A DNA stretch of 64,000 nucleotides, from IMG/VR virus record IMGVR_UViG_3300022555_000014. One strand, given 5' to 3'. The notes beneath the pieces were generated by a model that saw only the letters and a program-made list of their open reading frames with translations, was not told where the DNA came from and made no database searches. The position numbers and the translations under genes are program-made. The stretch comes from an uncultured virus (IMG/VR IMGVR_UViG_3300022555_000014). Lineage: Duplodnaviria > Heunggongvirae > Uroviricota > Caudoviricetes. Below are positions 10,030 through 20,137 of the stretch, one piece after another; the first letter of the stretch is position 1; every line of letters starts with the position of its first letter.

Positions 10030-12381
10030 TTAAGAAATGCTTAAAGAAGAAATTCCACCTTTCTTCGTAACCTTGAAGGTTTTAGCCCCAGGGATAGGCA
10101 TTTCACGCTCAGACCTAGGTGTAATGATCACTATGTTTGGAACAACCTTGTTGAGTTGGGGTAGTAGCTGGTCAGTAAACAACGAAAGTGAAGGTTCATC
10201 CAAGCCACTCTCGATTTCATCTAGAACCAACAAGTTGGTGCGAAGGCTGGACGGAATCAAAGGCAACAAGGATATTAGGGACAGTAGAGTAAATGAGCTA
10301 CTCTCTGAACCACTAAATTTCCTAACGTCAGAAGGCATACCGTTACGTGTGGCAAGAATGTTAAAAATACCCTTATCAACTTCAATGTTAAAGGTGATAG
10401 GCTCAGGGTAAATCAAGCCTGAGTACTTGTTAAGGTTTTGACAGTACACTTCCGCCAAATGACGAACCTGTAAAATCCTAAGACCTTTTGCCCCGTAAGC
10501 TTCACGTAACGCCTCGTAAAGGTCAAAGTCCTTAGTTGTCTTTTGAAGAGCTTTGATTTGAGTATCTAGCTCTTTTATCTTCTCCTTGAGATTTCGTGCA
10601 GTAGTAAGTTTAACTGTCAGCCCATTAAACTTTGACTGTGCAGCCTTAAGCTTAGGGCTATATTCGTCAATAAACTTAGTGTACTTAGCCTTTACCTGCT
10701 TAGCTTCTTTAACGGAGGCGTATGTCTTAGGAAGCTTCTTTAACTTAATCCGGCAATTCTTATACTGGTTAAGTAATGCAAGAGTACTTTCTAGAATCTC
10801 AAGCTGGGAAGCTAAAGTTTCTGGGTCATCAATTACTTTACTAGGAAGCTTAGGCATAAGTGATAGTGTTTGCTCTTTCAGAGCTTGAAGTTCCGCGTTC
10901 TTTTTAATGTTAAAAGCTGTCTGCTGAAGCTTAAGACGCTCCATACCAAGTTCATCAGCCTTTTTAGTAAGTTCTTCTTTGTTGCTAAGTAGTTTAAGCT
11001 CTTTGGTCTGCTCAAAAACTTCCATGTAGGATGAGTACTTACGGTACTTCTTAGCTTTTTCTGTTAACTCAGAAATTTCCGTCTTCAAGGTTTCAATGAG
11101 TGGAGTTAGGTACTTCTCCGGTAGAGACTGACTGCAGCAAGGACACGTCTTCTTACCAACTAGCTCCTGTAACGGTGCTAGTTGTTCCTTTTTATCTTTC
11201 AACTTGCGTATTAAGTCTTTTGCCAAAGACGACCAAGTGTCTGAAGACTTCTTTTTGGCAAAACCTGCCAGCTTATCTGAAAGTCCTACTGTTTTAAGTT
11301 GCTCTTCAATCTCTTCAAACTGAATTTGTGCATCCAAGTGATCATTTAACTGGTCATCAATAGCCCTAATTGATAGGTTTAGCTTGTCAATCTTGAATTG
11401 AAGCTTAGGGTCTATCTTAGCAGGTAGAGGACAGCGACTAAGTTCTTCATCAACGTCAGCTAACTTTTCCTTCAACGACTTAATTGTCTGAAAGGTATCA
11501 TTGAAAGAAACGGCTTTTTTGTATTTTTCTTTGTACTCGATAATCTTAGCTGATATGAGAGCAATCTGGTCCTTTATTTCCTTATCAGAAAGGTCTGGTC
11601 GGTCGTCCGCAGATAGAGTCAAGTACGTACGAGTGTGAGCAAGCTCTTCTAGATACTTGCGAATACGATCTTGAACAATGTCTATGTTAGACTGAAGCTT
11701 GTTTAATTGCTTATTGATAACGTCAACATCTTCCGGGTCGGTAAGTTTTGACCGTTCGGCACCCACGTAGTCTAGTTGCTGCTTGTCTTGCTTAAGCGTA
11801 TTGTACTGCTTGTTGATCTTTGCAGAAATTGTATCAAACAAGTCTAATCGGAACATTGATTCAAAAAAGTCAAACCTCTGATCAGGCTTTCCTGACTGAA
11901 GTATTGATTTGGTCCGTCCGTCAATTAGCACAGACGCATCAAATTGTTCCTCTGACAACGGCCAAATACGCGAAACGTATGCCTTGGCGTCGCCTACCTT
12001 CCTAATTCCTAGATCCTCACCGTCACGAGAGATATCAAGCCCAAAGGTTTTACCCTTCGACTTGATAGAACTTTCGTACTGGTGCTGTTCATTACTAAAG
12101 GTCAAGTCGATAGTAGAAGTATCATCTTTACTACCAGTCATTACGTCTCTAGCACTATTCTTACGAACAGACGCCGGAGGTTCAAAGTACAAAGGAGTCT
12201 TTAACCCAGTTCCGTAGAGGATCGACTTTCCAGAAGCATTGCTGGCAGCCTTGATACTCCTCCGGTCATGGTTAGCTCCACGTACTACCACCATAGGGTA
12301 CTTATTCAACGGAACAACTGTTGCGTTTTTACCTTTATATGTTACGATGTTACGGAGTTTGAGTGTTTCAAGTTCAATCAT
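10030..12381 (-). CDS. Rad50/SbcC (T4 gp46)-like recombination ATPase
   Basis: Walker A NASGKS, long coiled coil with CPCC zinc hook, signature FSGSE, Walker B LLVLDE. Confidence 0.9.
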   Translation of the reverse strand: MIELETLKLRNIVTYKGKNATVVPLNKYPMVVVRGANHDRRSIKAASNASGKSILYGTGLKTPLYFEPPASVRKNSARDVMTGSKDDTSTIDLTFSNEQHQYESSIKSKGKTFGLDISRDGEDLGIRKVGDAKAYVSRIWPLSEEQFDASVLIDGRTKSILQSGKPDQRFDFFESMFRLDLFDTISAKINKQYNTLKQDKQQLDYVGAERSKLTDPEDVDVINKQLNKLQSNIDIVQDRIRKYLEELAHTRTYLTLSADDRPDLSDKEIKDQIALISAKIIEYKEKYKKAVSFNDTFQTIKSLKEKLADVDEELSRCPLPAKIDPKLQFKIDKLNLSIRAIDDQLNDHLDAQIQFEEIEEQLKTVGLSDKLAGFAKKKSSDTWSSLAKDLIRKLKDKKEQLAPLQELVGKKTCPCCSQSLPEKYLTPLIETLKTEISELTEKAKKYRKYSSYMEVFEQTKELKLLSNKEELTKKADELGMERLKLQQTAFNIKKNAELQALKEQTLSLMPKLPSKVIDDPETLASQLEILESTLALLNQYKNCRIKLKKLPKTYASVKEAKQVKAKYTKFIDEYSPKLKAAQSKFNGLTVKLTTARNLKEKIKELDTQIKALQKTTKDFDLYEALREAYGAKGLRILQVRHLAEVYCQNLNKYSGLIYPEPITFNIEVDKGIFNILATRNGMPSDVRKFSGSESSSFTLLSLISLLPLIPSSLRTNLLVLDEIESGLDEPSLSLFTDQLLPQLNKVVPNIVIITPRSEREMPIPGAKTFKVTKKGGISSLSIS

Positions 12382-12415
12382 AGTAAAAATGTCCTTTTGT
12401 TTTTGAATCTTAGAG

Positions 12416-12463
12416 TCCGGTTGGTTGGTGCTCTATGTTCTATTAAGCACCAACCAACCGGAC
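12416..12463 (-). terminator. hairpin terminator
   Basis: GTCCGGTTGGTTGGTGCT / AGCACCAACCAACCGGAC inverted repeat. Confidence 0.65.
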
Positions 12464-12467
12464 TCAT

Positions 12468-13145
12468 TTAATGTTTAGCGCGCATGACCAAGAGGATATG
12501 TTGCATATCAGGACCACGACCCCAAACTTCAGGATCAAACTCATGCTCTTGTTTACCGTGCTTTAACTCAACATCAGTTTGTAGCACCGTCCATTTTCGA
12601 CTATCTATTACGTCCACGTTAAGGTCAGGTTGTTTTGATAGACTTTGCCAAAGCAACCTTCCTCCAAAGTATTGTTTAGTGTCAGAGATCAAAGTGAAGT
12701 TGTTAGGTTGCTTAACAAGGTACCTATAAACAGTAGAGGCTATATTAAATCCTCTCTCCGAGTCGTGAACCCAAACTCCATCAACTTGATGGGGGTTGAC
12801 GTAACCCATTAGTCTGGCGTATTCAGATTGAACTTTTAGATCGAGTCTGAACATTTGCTCAAACAACTCTTCTGGTTCGCCGTCAATTACTACTTTAGAC
12901 CACTTACCTAGAAGGTATGTAGGACAAACGTTACACCTAGCTAAAATAAAGTCTTTTTCTTTACCTTCTTTGCTGGTTACGGTGAAGTCTCATAGCGAAT
13001 GCCAGTTGTCATCGAAGGCGTATCTTTTAAAAGACGCTATGCTGTCAGGGTCCGGTACCCAAGCTTTGCCGGGTACAGCCTCTGGAAAAGCCAAGATTTC
13101 TCGGCGTTTCAAGTAGATGTTGATTTTCTGGTTGGCGTTGCTCAT
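12468..13145 (-). CDS. GNAT-like protein with in-frame TGA at 12990-12992; paralog of 33650..34345
   Basis: Track ORF extends in frame through one TGA (NWHSL*DFT) to ATG 13145 with AGGTGAG RBS; ERGFNIAST resembles GNAT motif A. Confidence 0.55.
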
Positions 13146-13220
13146 GACTCACCTGTCTACGAACTCTAAAACACTCTACACCACTTAGAGAGAAATGTCA
13201 AGAGGAATCTTTACAAGAAT

Positions 13221-13709
13221 TTATTCTGAAGCTTTGGGCTTAAACCAGCTAGGAAACTCGCGGTTAGTCCACCTAACTCCCTTGGCTCCCGCAGCTTTCC
13301 ACTTAGCCAATAAGTAGGCTTTGTATGACTGAGGTACAGGTAGGTGAGTGTAGTCCAGACCTAAAGCTAGATTTCGAGCAGAGTTTTGAAACACTATATC
13401 TGTAAACGTCGCTGGAAGAGAGGTTTCTATCTTAAATTGACTCAACAGGTCTTGACAAGCGTGACGCTTATTAAACCTAAAAGTGTACTCTTCGCATAGA
13501 GCAACTAGGTGCGCTCTAGTCCAAACTTGATGTAGTTTACTGGCACAAACCCATAAAGTTACAGGATGAGCAGTAAAACTTGGTTTATAACCAACTCCTA
13601 AAGCTGTAGAAAGAAGTTGTGCTGTTTCCAACACAGCTTTAACCAAACGCTTATCGTCCAAGTTAATTGCACATTTAACCGGGCTTTTGGCAGTTACAAA
13701 TAGGTTCAT
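13221..13709 (-). CDS. pyrimidine dimer DNA glycosylase/endonuclease V family protein
   Basis: MNLF...LDDKRLVKAVLETAQLLST, HPVTLW, EYTFRFNKRH: family hallmark motifs. Confidence 0.85.
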   Translation of the reverse strand: MNLFVTAKSPVKCAINLDDKRLVKAVLETAQLLSTALGVGYKPSFTAHPVTLWVCASKLHQVWTRAHLVALCEEYTFRFNKRHACQDLLSQFKIETSLPATFTDIVFQNSARNLALGLDYTHLPVPQSYKAYLLAKWKAAGAKGVRWTNREFPSWFKPKASE

Positions 13710-13714
13710 TTTAA

Positions 13715-14029
13715 TAAATCTCTGTAGGAGTTATTTGAAATGTGTAAGATTCATCAAGATAGTTGTTTCTTAACCCTGACAACAAGTCACACCGCACACA
13801 CTTCTGGTAGCCTGCATTGCTCAAATTAAAGTCGTTGCAGGAAGTTTTGCTATGCTCCGATGCAAAAACGTCTACAACCCCTTCAGTTAATAGTCGCTAG
13901 GAGTATAGAAGAATAAACCACATCAACTACACTCCCTTCAGGCCACTGGTGTCGTGAACCTAGGATGCACTACAAGGCACCCCTTACCTCACGGAGTGAG
14001 GATACTGTTAGGAACCGTTTAACAGGCTC
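13715..14029 (-). ncRNA. putative omegaRNA/right end of the TnpB element
   Basis: About 300 nt non-coding, hairpin-rich segment immediately 3' of tnpB, ending ...CATTTCAA (minus strand, about 13736). Confidence 0.5.
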
Positions 14030-15784
14030 CTAGACGTTAGTAAGGTAGTCCTTGTTGATCTTGTCCCTAATAGTCTTGATACCGCCTTTAGGAATCTGAA
14101 TCCCAAAAGAAGCTGACAAAACCTTACGGACCCAACTCAAGTCTACTTCCTTAACCTTACGAAGGATATTGATAGCCCCGTTAACGTCAGAGTGGACCCG
14201 AACTCCATCCTTGGTGGCGTAGATTCCACCCTTACGCTTACCACTGAACGAAGGACCCTTGTTCTTCCCTAGGTATTTCTCAGGGAGGAAGTCCATGTCC
14301 CAAGCAGAAGCCTTACTCGTGTACGATTCCTCTTGAAAAATCACAGTGATTCCAGCTTCCATAGCCTTATAGGCAACAAGCTGTAGGAACCTAGCGATTG
14401 GAATCTGAGTAAAGTTCTTCATGTGCTTCTTTAACTGCTTCCAGTTGACGTTCTTACCTATTACTAGGTGAGTCACACCGTCAACTAGAAGGATATCTAC
14501 AATCTCCCTGGAAACATCGTGTAGGTAGTGGTCGATTCGGTTGTCCCTTTTCAACCAGATCAACTGAATCTTCTTGGAAGAGTTCTTAGAAACTGGTGAG
14601 GAAGGAACCAGGATTCTAGTGGGGTCGTAGGGTGGAATCTCTGGTAACAAGCACTGAAGTTTGGCGTAAGCTTCCTGAGTCTTTTTACCTTGAAGGTAGT
14701 AAGCCATTGGGTGTTTATCAGGGTCTTTGATAGCTTTTAGAAGTTCGTGCTCCTTCTTGTAGGCTTTCAGAGTCAGGCGGAACAGTTTCTCTTCAGCTTT
14801 CTGTTCCTTGGACTTACACCGTTGAAACTCCTTCTTAGCCTTAGCTATCTCGGTGTTACACCAGGAGTTTAGACTCTTGAGAATCTTACCGTTGAAAGAA
14901 ATAGGGTAGTCTTTACCTTCGCTTACCAAAGTAGCTAGACGGTTTAAGCCAGGATCAAGAGCAGCGTACTTGTGCTTAGCTTTAGGGATTAAGGTTGATA
15001 AGTCTAGGTCAGGAACCTCTTCTTCGTAACAGACTTCTACTACGTAACCACCAGTACGAGGGACGATTCTAACCTCTTCAATCTCAACCTGACGGTAGAC
15101 TACTTCCTTGGTTACGGGGTCTAGAATCTGTTGTTTAGTAAGAGGGTCCAGCTGAGGTTGGAGGTGCAAATTGAAGTGAAACGGCTGCTTAAACTCGGAT
15201 TCAGTAGAACAAACAGTAATGATTCCTAACGGTGCTATTGAAAGAGACCTCTCTCGACCGTGCTGTGCCTTAAGTTTACCTGTTTCTGGGTCTTCCTTAC
15301 CACGGCCACCAGACATAGTCTGGTAGTTTAGGTGTACTACGTTCCTACCGTCTGTACGGCTCAACTCAATGGAGCCGTTGTAGTTAGGAGGGTTAGGTCT
15401 AGCCTTGAACTTGTTAGGGTACTTCTCCTTTTCTGAGGGACTCTTAATCCATTTGTAGTACTCAAAAAGTCCTCTCAGGAACCCTTTCCAGTCTTTTAGG
15501 ACATATTTCAAGGTAGCGTTAGCTACTTTAGCTGGTAAAGCTTGGTACTCTGGGCAGGGAATCAACTCTTTGTTGAGAGTCTTGAGAGTCCAATCAATAG
15601 CTTTACGGTAACCGGGTTTGTCCCAGTTCTCTTGGTGGTGGAAGAAGTTCTGACGTAGAAGGTAATACCCTTTGTCACGGAGTCTATCGGTTAGGTAACT
15701 GAAGTTGTCACAGTAACCGTAGAGTTGGTGTTTGAAGTCTACCTGTTGACGGGAAACATGTTTAAACTTCATGTTAGATTCCAA
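14030..15784 (-). CDS. tnpB: TnpB-family RNA-guided nuclease with rearranged RuvC-II
   Basis: RuvC-I ALDPGLNRLAT, LVIG at the canonical RuvC-II position, EESYTSK, RuvC-III HSDVNGAINILRK. No TnpA nearby. Confidence 0.88.
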   Translation of the reverse strand: MESNMKFKHVSRQQVDFKHQLYGYCDNFSYLTDRLRDKGYYLLRQNFFHHQENWDKPGYRKAIDWTLKTLNKELIPCPEYQALPAKVANATLKYVLKDWKGFLRGLFEYYKWIKSPSEKEKYPNKFKARPNPPNYNGSIELSRTDGRNVVHLNYQTMSGGRGKEDPETGKLKAQHGRERSLSIAPLGIITVCSTESEFKQPFHFNLHLQPQLDPLTKQQILDPVTKEVVYRQVEIEEVRIVPRTGGYVVEVCYEEEVPDLDLSTLIPKAKHKYAALDPGLNRLATLVSEGKDYPISFNGKILKSLNSWCNTEIAKAKKEFQRCKSKEQKAEEKLFRLTLKAYKKEHELLKAIKDPDKHPMAYYLQGKKTQEAYAKLQCLLPEIPPYDPTRILVPSSPVSKNSSKKIQLIWLKRDNRIDHYLHDVSREIVDILLVDGVTHLVIGKNVNWKQLKKHMKNFTQIPIARFLQLVAYKAMEAGITVIFQEESYTSKASAWDMDFLPEKYLGKNKGPSFSGKRKGGIYATKDGVRVHSDVNGAINILRKVKEVDLSWVRKVLSASFGIQIPKGGIKTIRDKINKDYLTNV

Positions 15785-16169
15785 CTTAAAAGGAGTCTAG
15801 AAAGATTCTTCTTTAACTTTCAACTAGATTCTACAAACTGAGTGAACGTATTCAACACACTAAGAATGTTATAGTTCTTCTTTTTTGATGGAGTCTTGAC
15901 AAGCTTGAAGATAGTCTTGTTGAGCTTTGGTCAAAGCAAGCTTCTTTTCAGATATGGATTTGCTACTCATTTTTAGTTCCTTTTACTAGTTAAAAAGCAG
16001 AACAGCTTGGGCACAAATCATTCTCTAAAGACTCCCAAGCAATAGACCTCTAGAAGTAGTTAAGTGGTGCTCAACGCCTAGAGCACTCACAAACTCCTCT
16101 AGGTGTTGTGGACCGAACTCGTCTCTTGATAGGAAGATTCTCTAAGAACGTTAAGGAACTACATCTTTT

Positions 16170-16715
16170 CTACTCTGTGGATTCTTTGACAGAACAGCAT
16201 TCTGTACTGCTATTAGCTAAGTCTGCGTAGTTCTCATAGGCAACTACCTCAACAATCCTAACCTCTACCTGAAGGATTCCACATTCTTTAACACAAGACT
16301 TGGCTTTCTTAAGGGACTCTACAGTGTTAAACATTTCTACAGGTAGTGTGTCTGTGCTACCCAGGTGGTAATCAAAGTCAGTCTTACAGCAGAAAACTTT
16401 GGCAGTTTTCAACGCGTAATTTGCTCCTTTCTGGAAACCTTCAGCATAACCGAACGTTTTAACTCCATCATGATTAAGAGTTTTGTTAGACTTAGGAGTT
16501 AACTCTTCTACAACTCGTCTGAACTCCTTCAAACAAACCTTACCTAGTCCGGAATATCGACTCAACTCTGTATCAGGGATAGAAGCTATATGCTCTATAG
16601 TATCATCGTTATGCTTATTATCACTCCCGTTAAGAATACATTTCCTAAGCCTATTTGAAAAACAAGTAGCGTCCTTGATTTTTGTTTGTAAAGTGTCGAT
16701 GTACATGTGAATCAT
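16170..16715 (-). CDS. protein with RNA polymerase alpha-CTD-like N-terminal domain
   Basis: FSNRLRKCI...TIEHIASIPDTELSRYSGLGKVCLKEF matches the alphaCTD pattern LSxRxxNCL...EL....NLG.KSL.EI. Confidence 0.6.
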   Translation of the reverse strand: MIHMYIDTLQTKIKDATCFSNRLRKCILNGSDNKHNDDTIEHIASIPDTELSRYSGLGKVCLKEFRRVVEELTPKSNKTLNHDGVKTFGYAEGFQKGANYALKTAKVFCCKTDFDYHLGSTDTLPVEMFNTVESLKKAKSCVKECGILQVEVRIVEVVAYENYADLANSSTECCSVKESTE

Positions 16716-16726
16716 GACAATTACTC

Positions 16727-16897
16727 CTACTTGTTCTGGAGTTCAGGGTCAACTTTCAAGAAGTTAGGACAGCCATTACCCTTCGGATGAAAGAGTTCAA
16801 ACGATTGTCCCGGAACAGGTTTAGTACCACTAGCTATATGACGCATGCAAGAAGCCCTGATAGCACAAGTTCTACTGATGCACATTAACGATACCAT
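16727..16897 (-). CDS. small Cys-rich hypothetical protein (56 aa)
   Basis: Manual translation MVSLMCISRTCAIRASCMRH...; GGGAG RBS. Confidence 0.5.
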   Translation of the reverse strand: MVSLMCISRTCAIRASCMRHIASGTKPVPGQSFELFHPKGNGCPNFLKVDPELQNK

Positions 16898-16910
16898 TTT
16901 TACAACTCCC

Positions 16911-17303
16911 TTAAACTAATTGGTTGAGAACTTTAGTTGAGGTATCAGCAAACCACCAAGTTCCGTTACGCCACAGATAAATGTAGTCTGCCTTGTACAG
17001 GAAGCACTTGTCATCGTTTATTTTACGAATTGTTGTGCTTCTACAAACATCGCCTCTATCTCTACCGTAGCCACAGCACTCATCAAAGTCTTCAGCAAAC
17101 TCTAAGCAATAATCACGAAAACGTTGATCAAGGCTAAACCTATTACCTTCTTTTATCAAAGCGTTGACGAGAAACTCAGAGTTGTGTTTTTGAAGTAACT
17201 GCTTGCCTAGTTTGTCACCGTCCTTCTGACAGAAGATACTTTCTACAATATTGTCACCTCTATCTACCCCAATCCATGCTTTAGTAAACATTACATTCTC
17301 CAA
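16911..17303 (-). CDS. hypothetical phage protein
   Basis: YGRDRGD and DYIYLWRNGTW motifs resemble a common phage family. Confidence 0.6.
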   Translation of the reverse strand: MENVMFTKAWIGVDRGDNIVESIFCQKDGDKLGKQLLQKHNSEFLVNALIKEGNRFSLDQRFRDYCLEFAEDFDECCGYGRDRGDVCRSTTIRKINDDKCFLYKADYIYLWRNGTWWFADTSTKVLNQLV

Positions 17304-17705
17304 TCAAACGTTAGTTGCTAAATGCTTACGCTTTTCAATTGATTTACGAAGTTCAGTGCATCGGTCTCTCAACAACCCGTGTTGGTACCTAGTATTTGCC
17401 ACGGCAGTAGTCTTGACTCCAAAAACCTTAGCTATTTCTCGGTCATCGTAGCCTTGTTCAAACAACTGCTTGAATTTTTCAAGGTCAATTACAGGTGCAG
17501 GAGGCTTTCCACCAAACGAACGTTCATAAGACACGGTTATCTTGTATAACTTAATCAGGGATTTAACCACTTCAACACTAGTGTTGTGCTTTTTACTTAT
17601 TTTCCCTATCGCCAAAAATTCCTTATTAAGAAGTTGTTCAAGGTTGTCTTTAGTTAAGCCGTTAGCTTGTGCTCTAAGTACGTTAGTCGTCAAATCTTTC
17701 AACAT
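17304..17705 (-). CDS. tandem HTH DNA-binding protein
   Basis: LFEQGYDDREIAKVFGV HTH; TGATG coupling with the upstream gene; paralog of 20138..20557. Confidence 0.7.
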   Translation of the reverse strand: MLKDLTTNVLRAQANGLTKDNLEQLLNKEFLAIGKISKKHNTSVEVVKSLIKLYKITVSYERSFGGKPPAPVIDLEKFKQLFEQGYDDREIAKVFGVKTTAVANTRYQHGLLRDRCTELRKSIEKRKHLATNV

Positions 17706-17974
17706 CAAGCTCTCCAACGTTTAACAATCCAATTACTGATTTTACACCAAGGACTCTGCATTGTCAAGACCTTTCTCAAAGTTTTAATCAGCCAATCTCG
17801 GTGCCCTCTACTGTCTCTAGCAAGCTTCTCTAGTCTAGGCACAAACTCTGAAAAGTCCCGCTCCCTGTACTCGGCGTACTCTTTAGCTCGTTTATCATAG
17901 TGCATGGCTAGGTAGTTGTAGTGTCTGGCGCGCTTAACACTACTAAAATTGTATACGCTCATCTTAGGCCCCAA
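17705..17974 (-). CDS. hypothetical protein
   Basis: ORF coupled to the next gene by a TGATG overlap. Confidence 0.55.
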   Translation of the reverse strand: MGPKMSVYNFSSVKRARHYNYLAMHYDKRAKEYAEYRERDFSEFVPRLEKLARDSRGHRDWLIKTLRKVLTMQSPWCKISNWIVKRWRA

Positions 17975-18595
17975 CTACGTCTGGAGTTTGAAATCTGGAC
18001 CGACATAAGTTCTAACTGGATTACCTCTTATCACGTTGTTGTGGGTTGACCACACGTCTTGTTGTTTATTTTTCAAGTCAGAAGCTTGTTGCGACTTCAG
18101 GATGTGTGCTAGTCTAGCTAGAGCCAGTGACTTGTTACGGTGTTGCGACCGTTCCTCTTCAGCACGGATAACTATGCCAGAAGGCAAGTGAGTTAGTCTA
18201 ACAGCCGATTCTGTTTTGTTTACGTGTTGACCTCCTTTTCCTCCTGATTTAAGAGTATCCCACACAAGATCAGAATCTTTGATTGCAGTGTCTAGTTCTG
18301 TGTATGGAGCTAAACAAAACACGCCAACAAACCAGTTGGAACGTCGCCAATTGGGCCTTATTGTAGATTTTCAAACCCACTGAATAGTTCCGATCCAACT
18401 ACTTAAAAACTCCGCCGGAACTTGTTCCAAAGAGATCAAGGCTGACACTAGCCCATGTTTACTCTCCTGAGAATCTAAGAGCTTGGGTTCCAACTTAAAC
18501 TCTGCCGCGTCTTTCAGAATCTCCTTTACTACCAACTGAACTGTTCGCTCACCTTCTGCCGGACCTCTGCCGGAGGTTACACTTAGCCAAGTCAC
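17975..18595 (-). CDS. prfH: peptide chain release factor homolog PrfH, interrupted by in-frame TGA (18371-18373)
   Basis: TSGRGPAE, WIGTIQWV*KSTIRPNWRRSNWFVGV, GGQHVNKTESAVR, EERSQHRNK; the two track ORFs are in one frame; directly downstream of rtcB. Confidence 0.85.
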
Positions 18596-18599
18596 AACC

Positions 18600-19736
18600 T
18601 TACCTCCTATTAGACTGTCTACGTTGTTGACGCCAGTCTTTGTCTTTGGATTCTTCCTTGAGAGAAGAGGACTTGAAAGTTACTACCGGGCGAAGTGTGG
18701 CAATTACCTTTACTAGTCCGTGGTCTATTAGAGCTTGCACAACAGTTGCTACTTTCTTATATCCCCCAGGAGCCTCTTCTTTGGCTACCTTGTTGTCTCC
18801 ACAAACTACCCTACCGCCCCACGGATTAACTTGCCAGTTACTGTCGCTTCTTTCAAAGGTCTCTAACCTAGACATTTTTCTACCAGCACCGTGGGCAACT
18901 GAAAACAAGCTTTTCTCAGAAGGTATTGGTTGGACTAGGTAGGTTAAGTCGCCACGACTACCGGGAACAACTAACAAGTCGTCAGTAGCTGGTGCAGCCC
19001 CTTTTCTATGCAGAGCTTCGTCACCAGTTACTGTAACGCTGTTGTGAGTACTGTCTAGCAGACATTTAATGTCTGTGTTAAAAGCTTCAGCGACTCGTTG
19101 TCCACACAGAGTTCGGTTAGCTCTAGCCCACTTAACCGCATTGTCATGTTGCTTGAGATAGTTTCGTCCTTCTTCAGAGTCAATAGGAAGTCCCTTGGCC
19201 TCGTGTTTAGCGGCAACTTCGTGGAAGATTGATTCTCCCAAACCTCTAGAGCCTGTATGTACTAGAAGGTACAAATTACTAGAGAGTTTTTCTGCCCAAT
19301 CAGGGTCTAGTATTTCGTGTACGATCTGAGCTTCTATGAAGTGGTTTCCAGCACCAACTGTAGAGAGGGACTTTTCGAATCCCGTACCTTCTATTTCTTT
19401 ATCCTTAAGGTACTTTTGCACGTAGTCAATGTCCCAGGGTGTATCCAGCCCTTCCATTTTACTAGCTAGTTTTTCAGGTTTCAGTTTCGACCCTGAAATA
19501 TTCAACCGAGAGAACTGCATGCCGCAACCAACGTCATTCCCGACTAGTATGGGGTGTAGTACATCTTTACTGAGGAAGGCGGCTCCTATTGGATATCCTT
19601 TACCTGGGTGTATATCAGGAAGCCCTACAACTCGTTGCATTCCTTCCAACTCTGACGCTTTATTTAGTTGCCTAACCGCTTCTCCTTCTATCCACAAGTT
19701 AGGAGAGTCGATAACCGTCACTTTCGTCCTGTGCAT
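18600..19736 (-). CDS. rtcB: RtcB-family RNA ligase (PrfH-coupled RtcB2 type)
   Basis: LPDIHPGKGYPIG, GNDVGCG, GNHFIE, VHTGSRG, HRKGA, HGAGR; WIEGEAV N-terminus typical of the prfH-linked clade. Confidence 0.92.
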   Translation of the reverse strand: MHRTKVTVIDSPNLWIEGEAVRQLNKASELEGMQRVVGLPDIHPGKGYPIGAAFLSKDVLHPILVGNDVGCGMQFSRLNISGSKLKPEKLASKMEGLDTPWDIDYVQKYLKDKEIEGTGFEKSLSTVGAGNHFIEAQIVHEILDPDWAEKLSSNLYLLVHTGSRGLGESIFHEVAAKHEAKGLPIDSEEGRNYLKQHDNAVKWARANRTLCGQRVAEAFNTDIKCLLDSTHNSVTVTGDEALHRKGAAPATDDLLVVPGSRGDLTYLVQPIPSEKSLFSVAHGAGRKMSRLETFERSDSNWQVNPWGGRVVCGDNKVAKEEAPGGYKKVATVVQALIDHGLVKVIATLRPVVTFKSSSLKEESKDKDWRQQRRQSNRR

Positions 19737-19756
19737 AATTGTTGTCCCCCCTTTAA

Positions 19757-20117
19757 CTACTTCCACTTGCTCAGAAAATCAGCCTGCCTAGCTTCAGCCT
19801 CTTTGTGAGCAGCGTGTTCGTTACCTTTATCCTTTTGAACCTTTTTAAACACAGCGTTCCAGATTAGATAACTGTATTCTTTAACTAAACAAGTAGCCCA
19901 GTGAGTTCTAAACTCAGTTCCCCACGTAGCAGACACCTTATCCTTTAGTGTACCAATCGTACCCCAAAGCTTATCAGGGGTTAAGGCAATTTCTGATTGA
20001 AGCAAAGTGACAGTTAGTTTGTCGTGAACTGAGTGGAAAAACCGGTCTGGAGATTCCGGCCAGTTGTACTTGTTAAAGTGAGTAGGGGGTGTTATCGTGA
20101 TTATACTCTTTAGCCAT
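19757..20117 (-). pseudogene. hypothetical gene with apparent frameshift at a C5 run
   Basis: ATG 20117 (GAGGG RBS) reads MAKEYNHDNTP then stops; removing one base of the G5 run at about 20085-20089 joins it to the 19757..20005 frame. Confidence 0.45.
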
Positions 20118-20137
20118 ATCTAAACCCTCTTCTTTAA

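Noticed and set aside
14030..15784. Cas12 effector
   Set aside because: No adjacent CRISPR array or cas genes; motifs fit TnpB.
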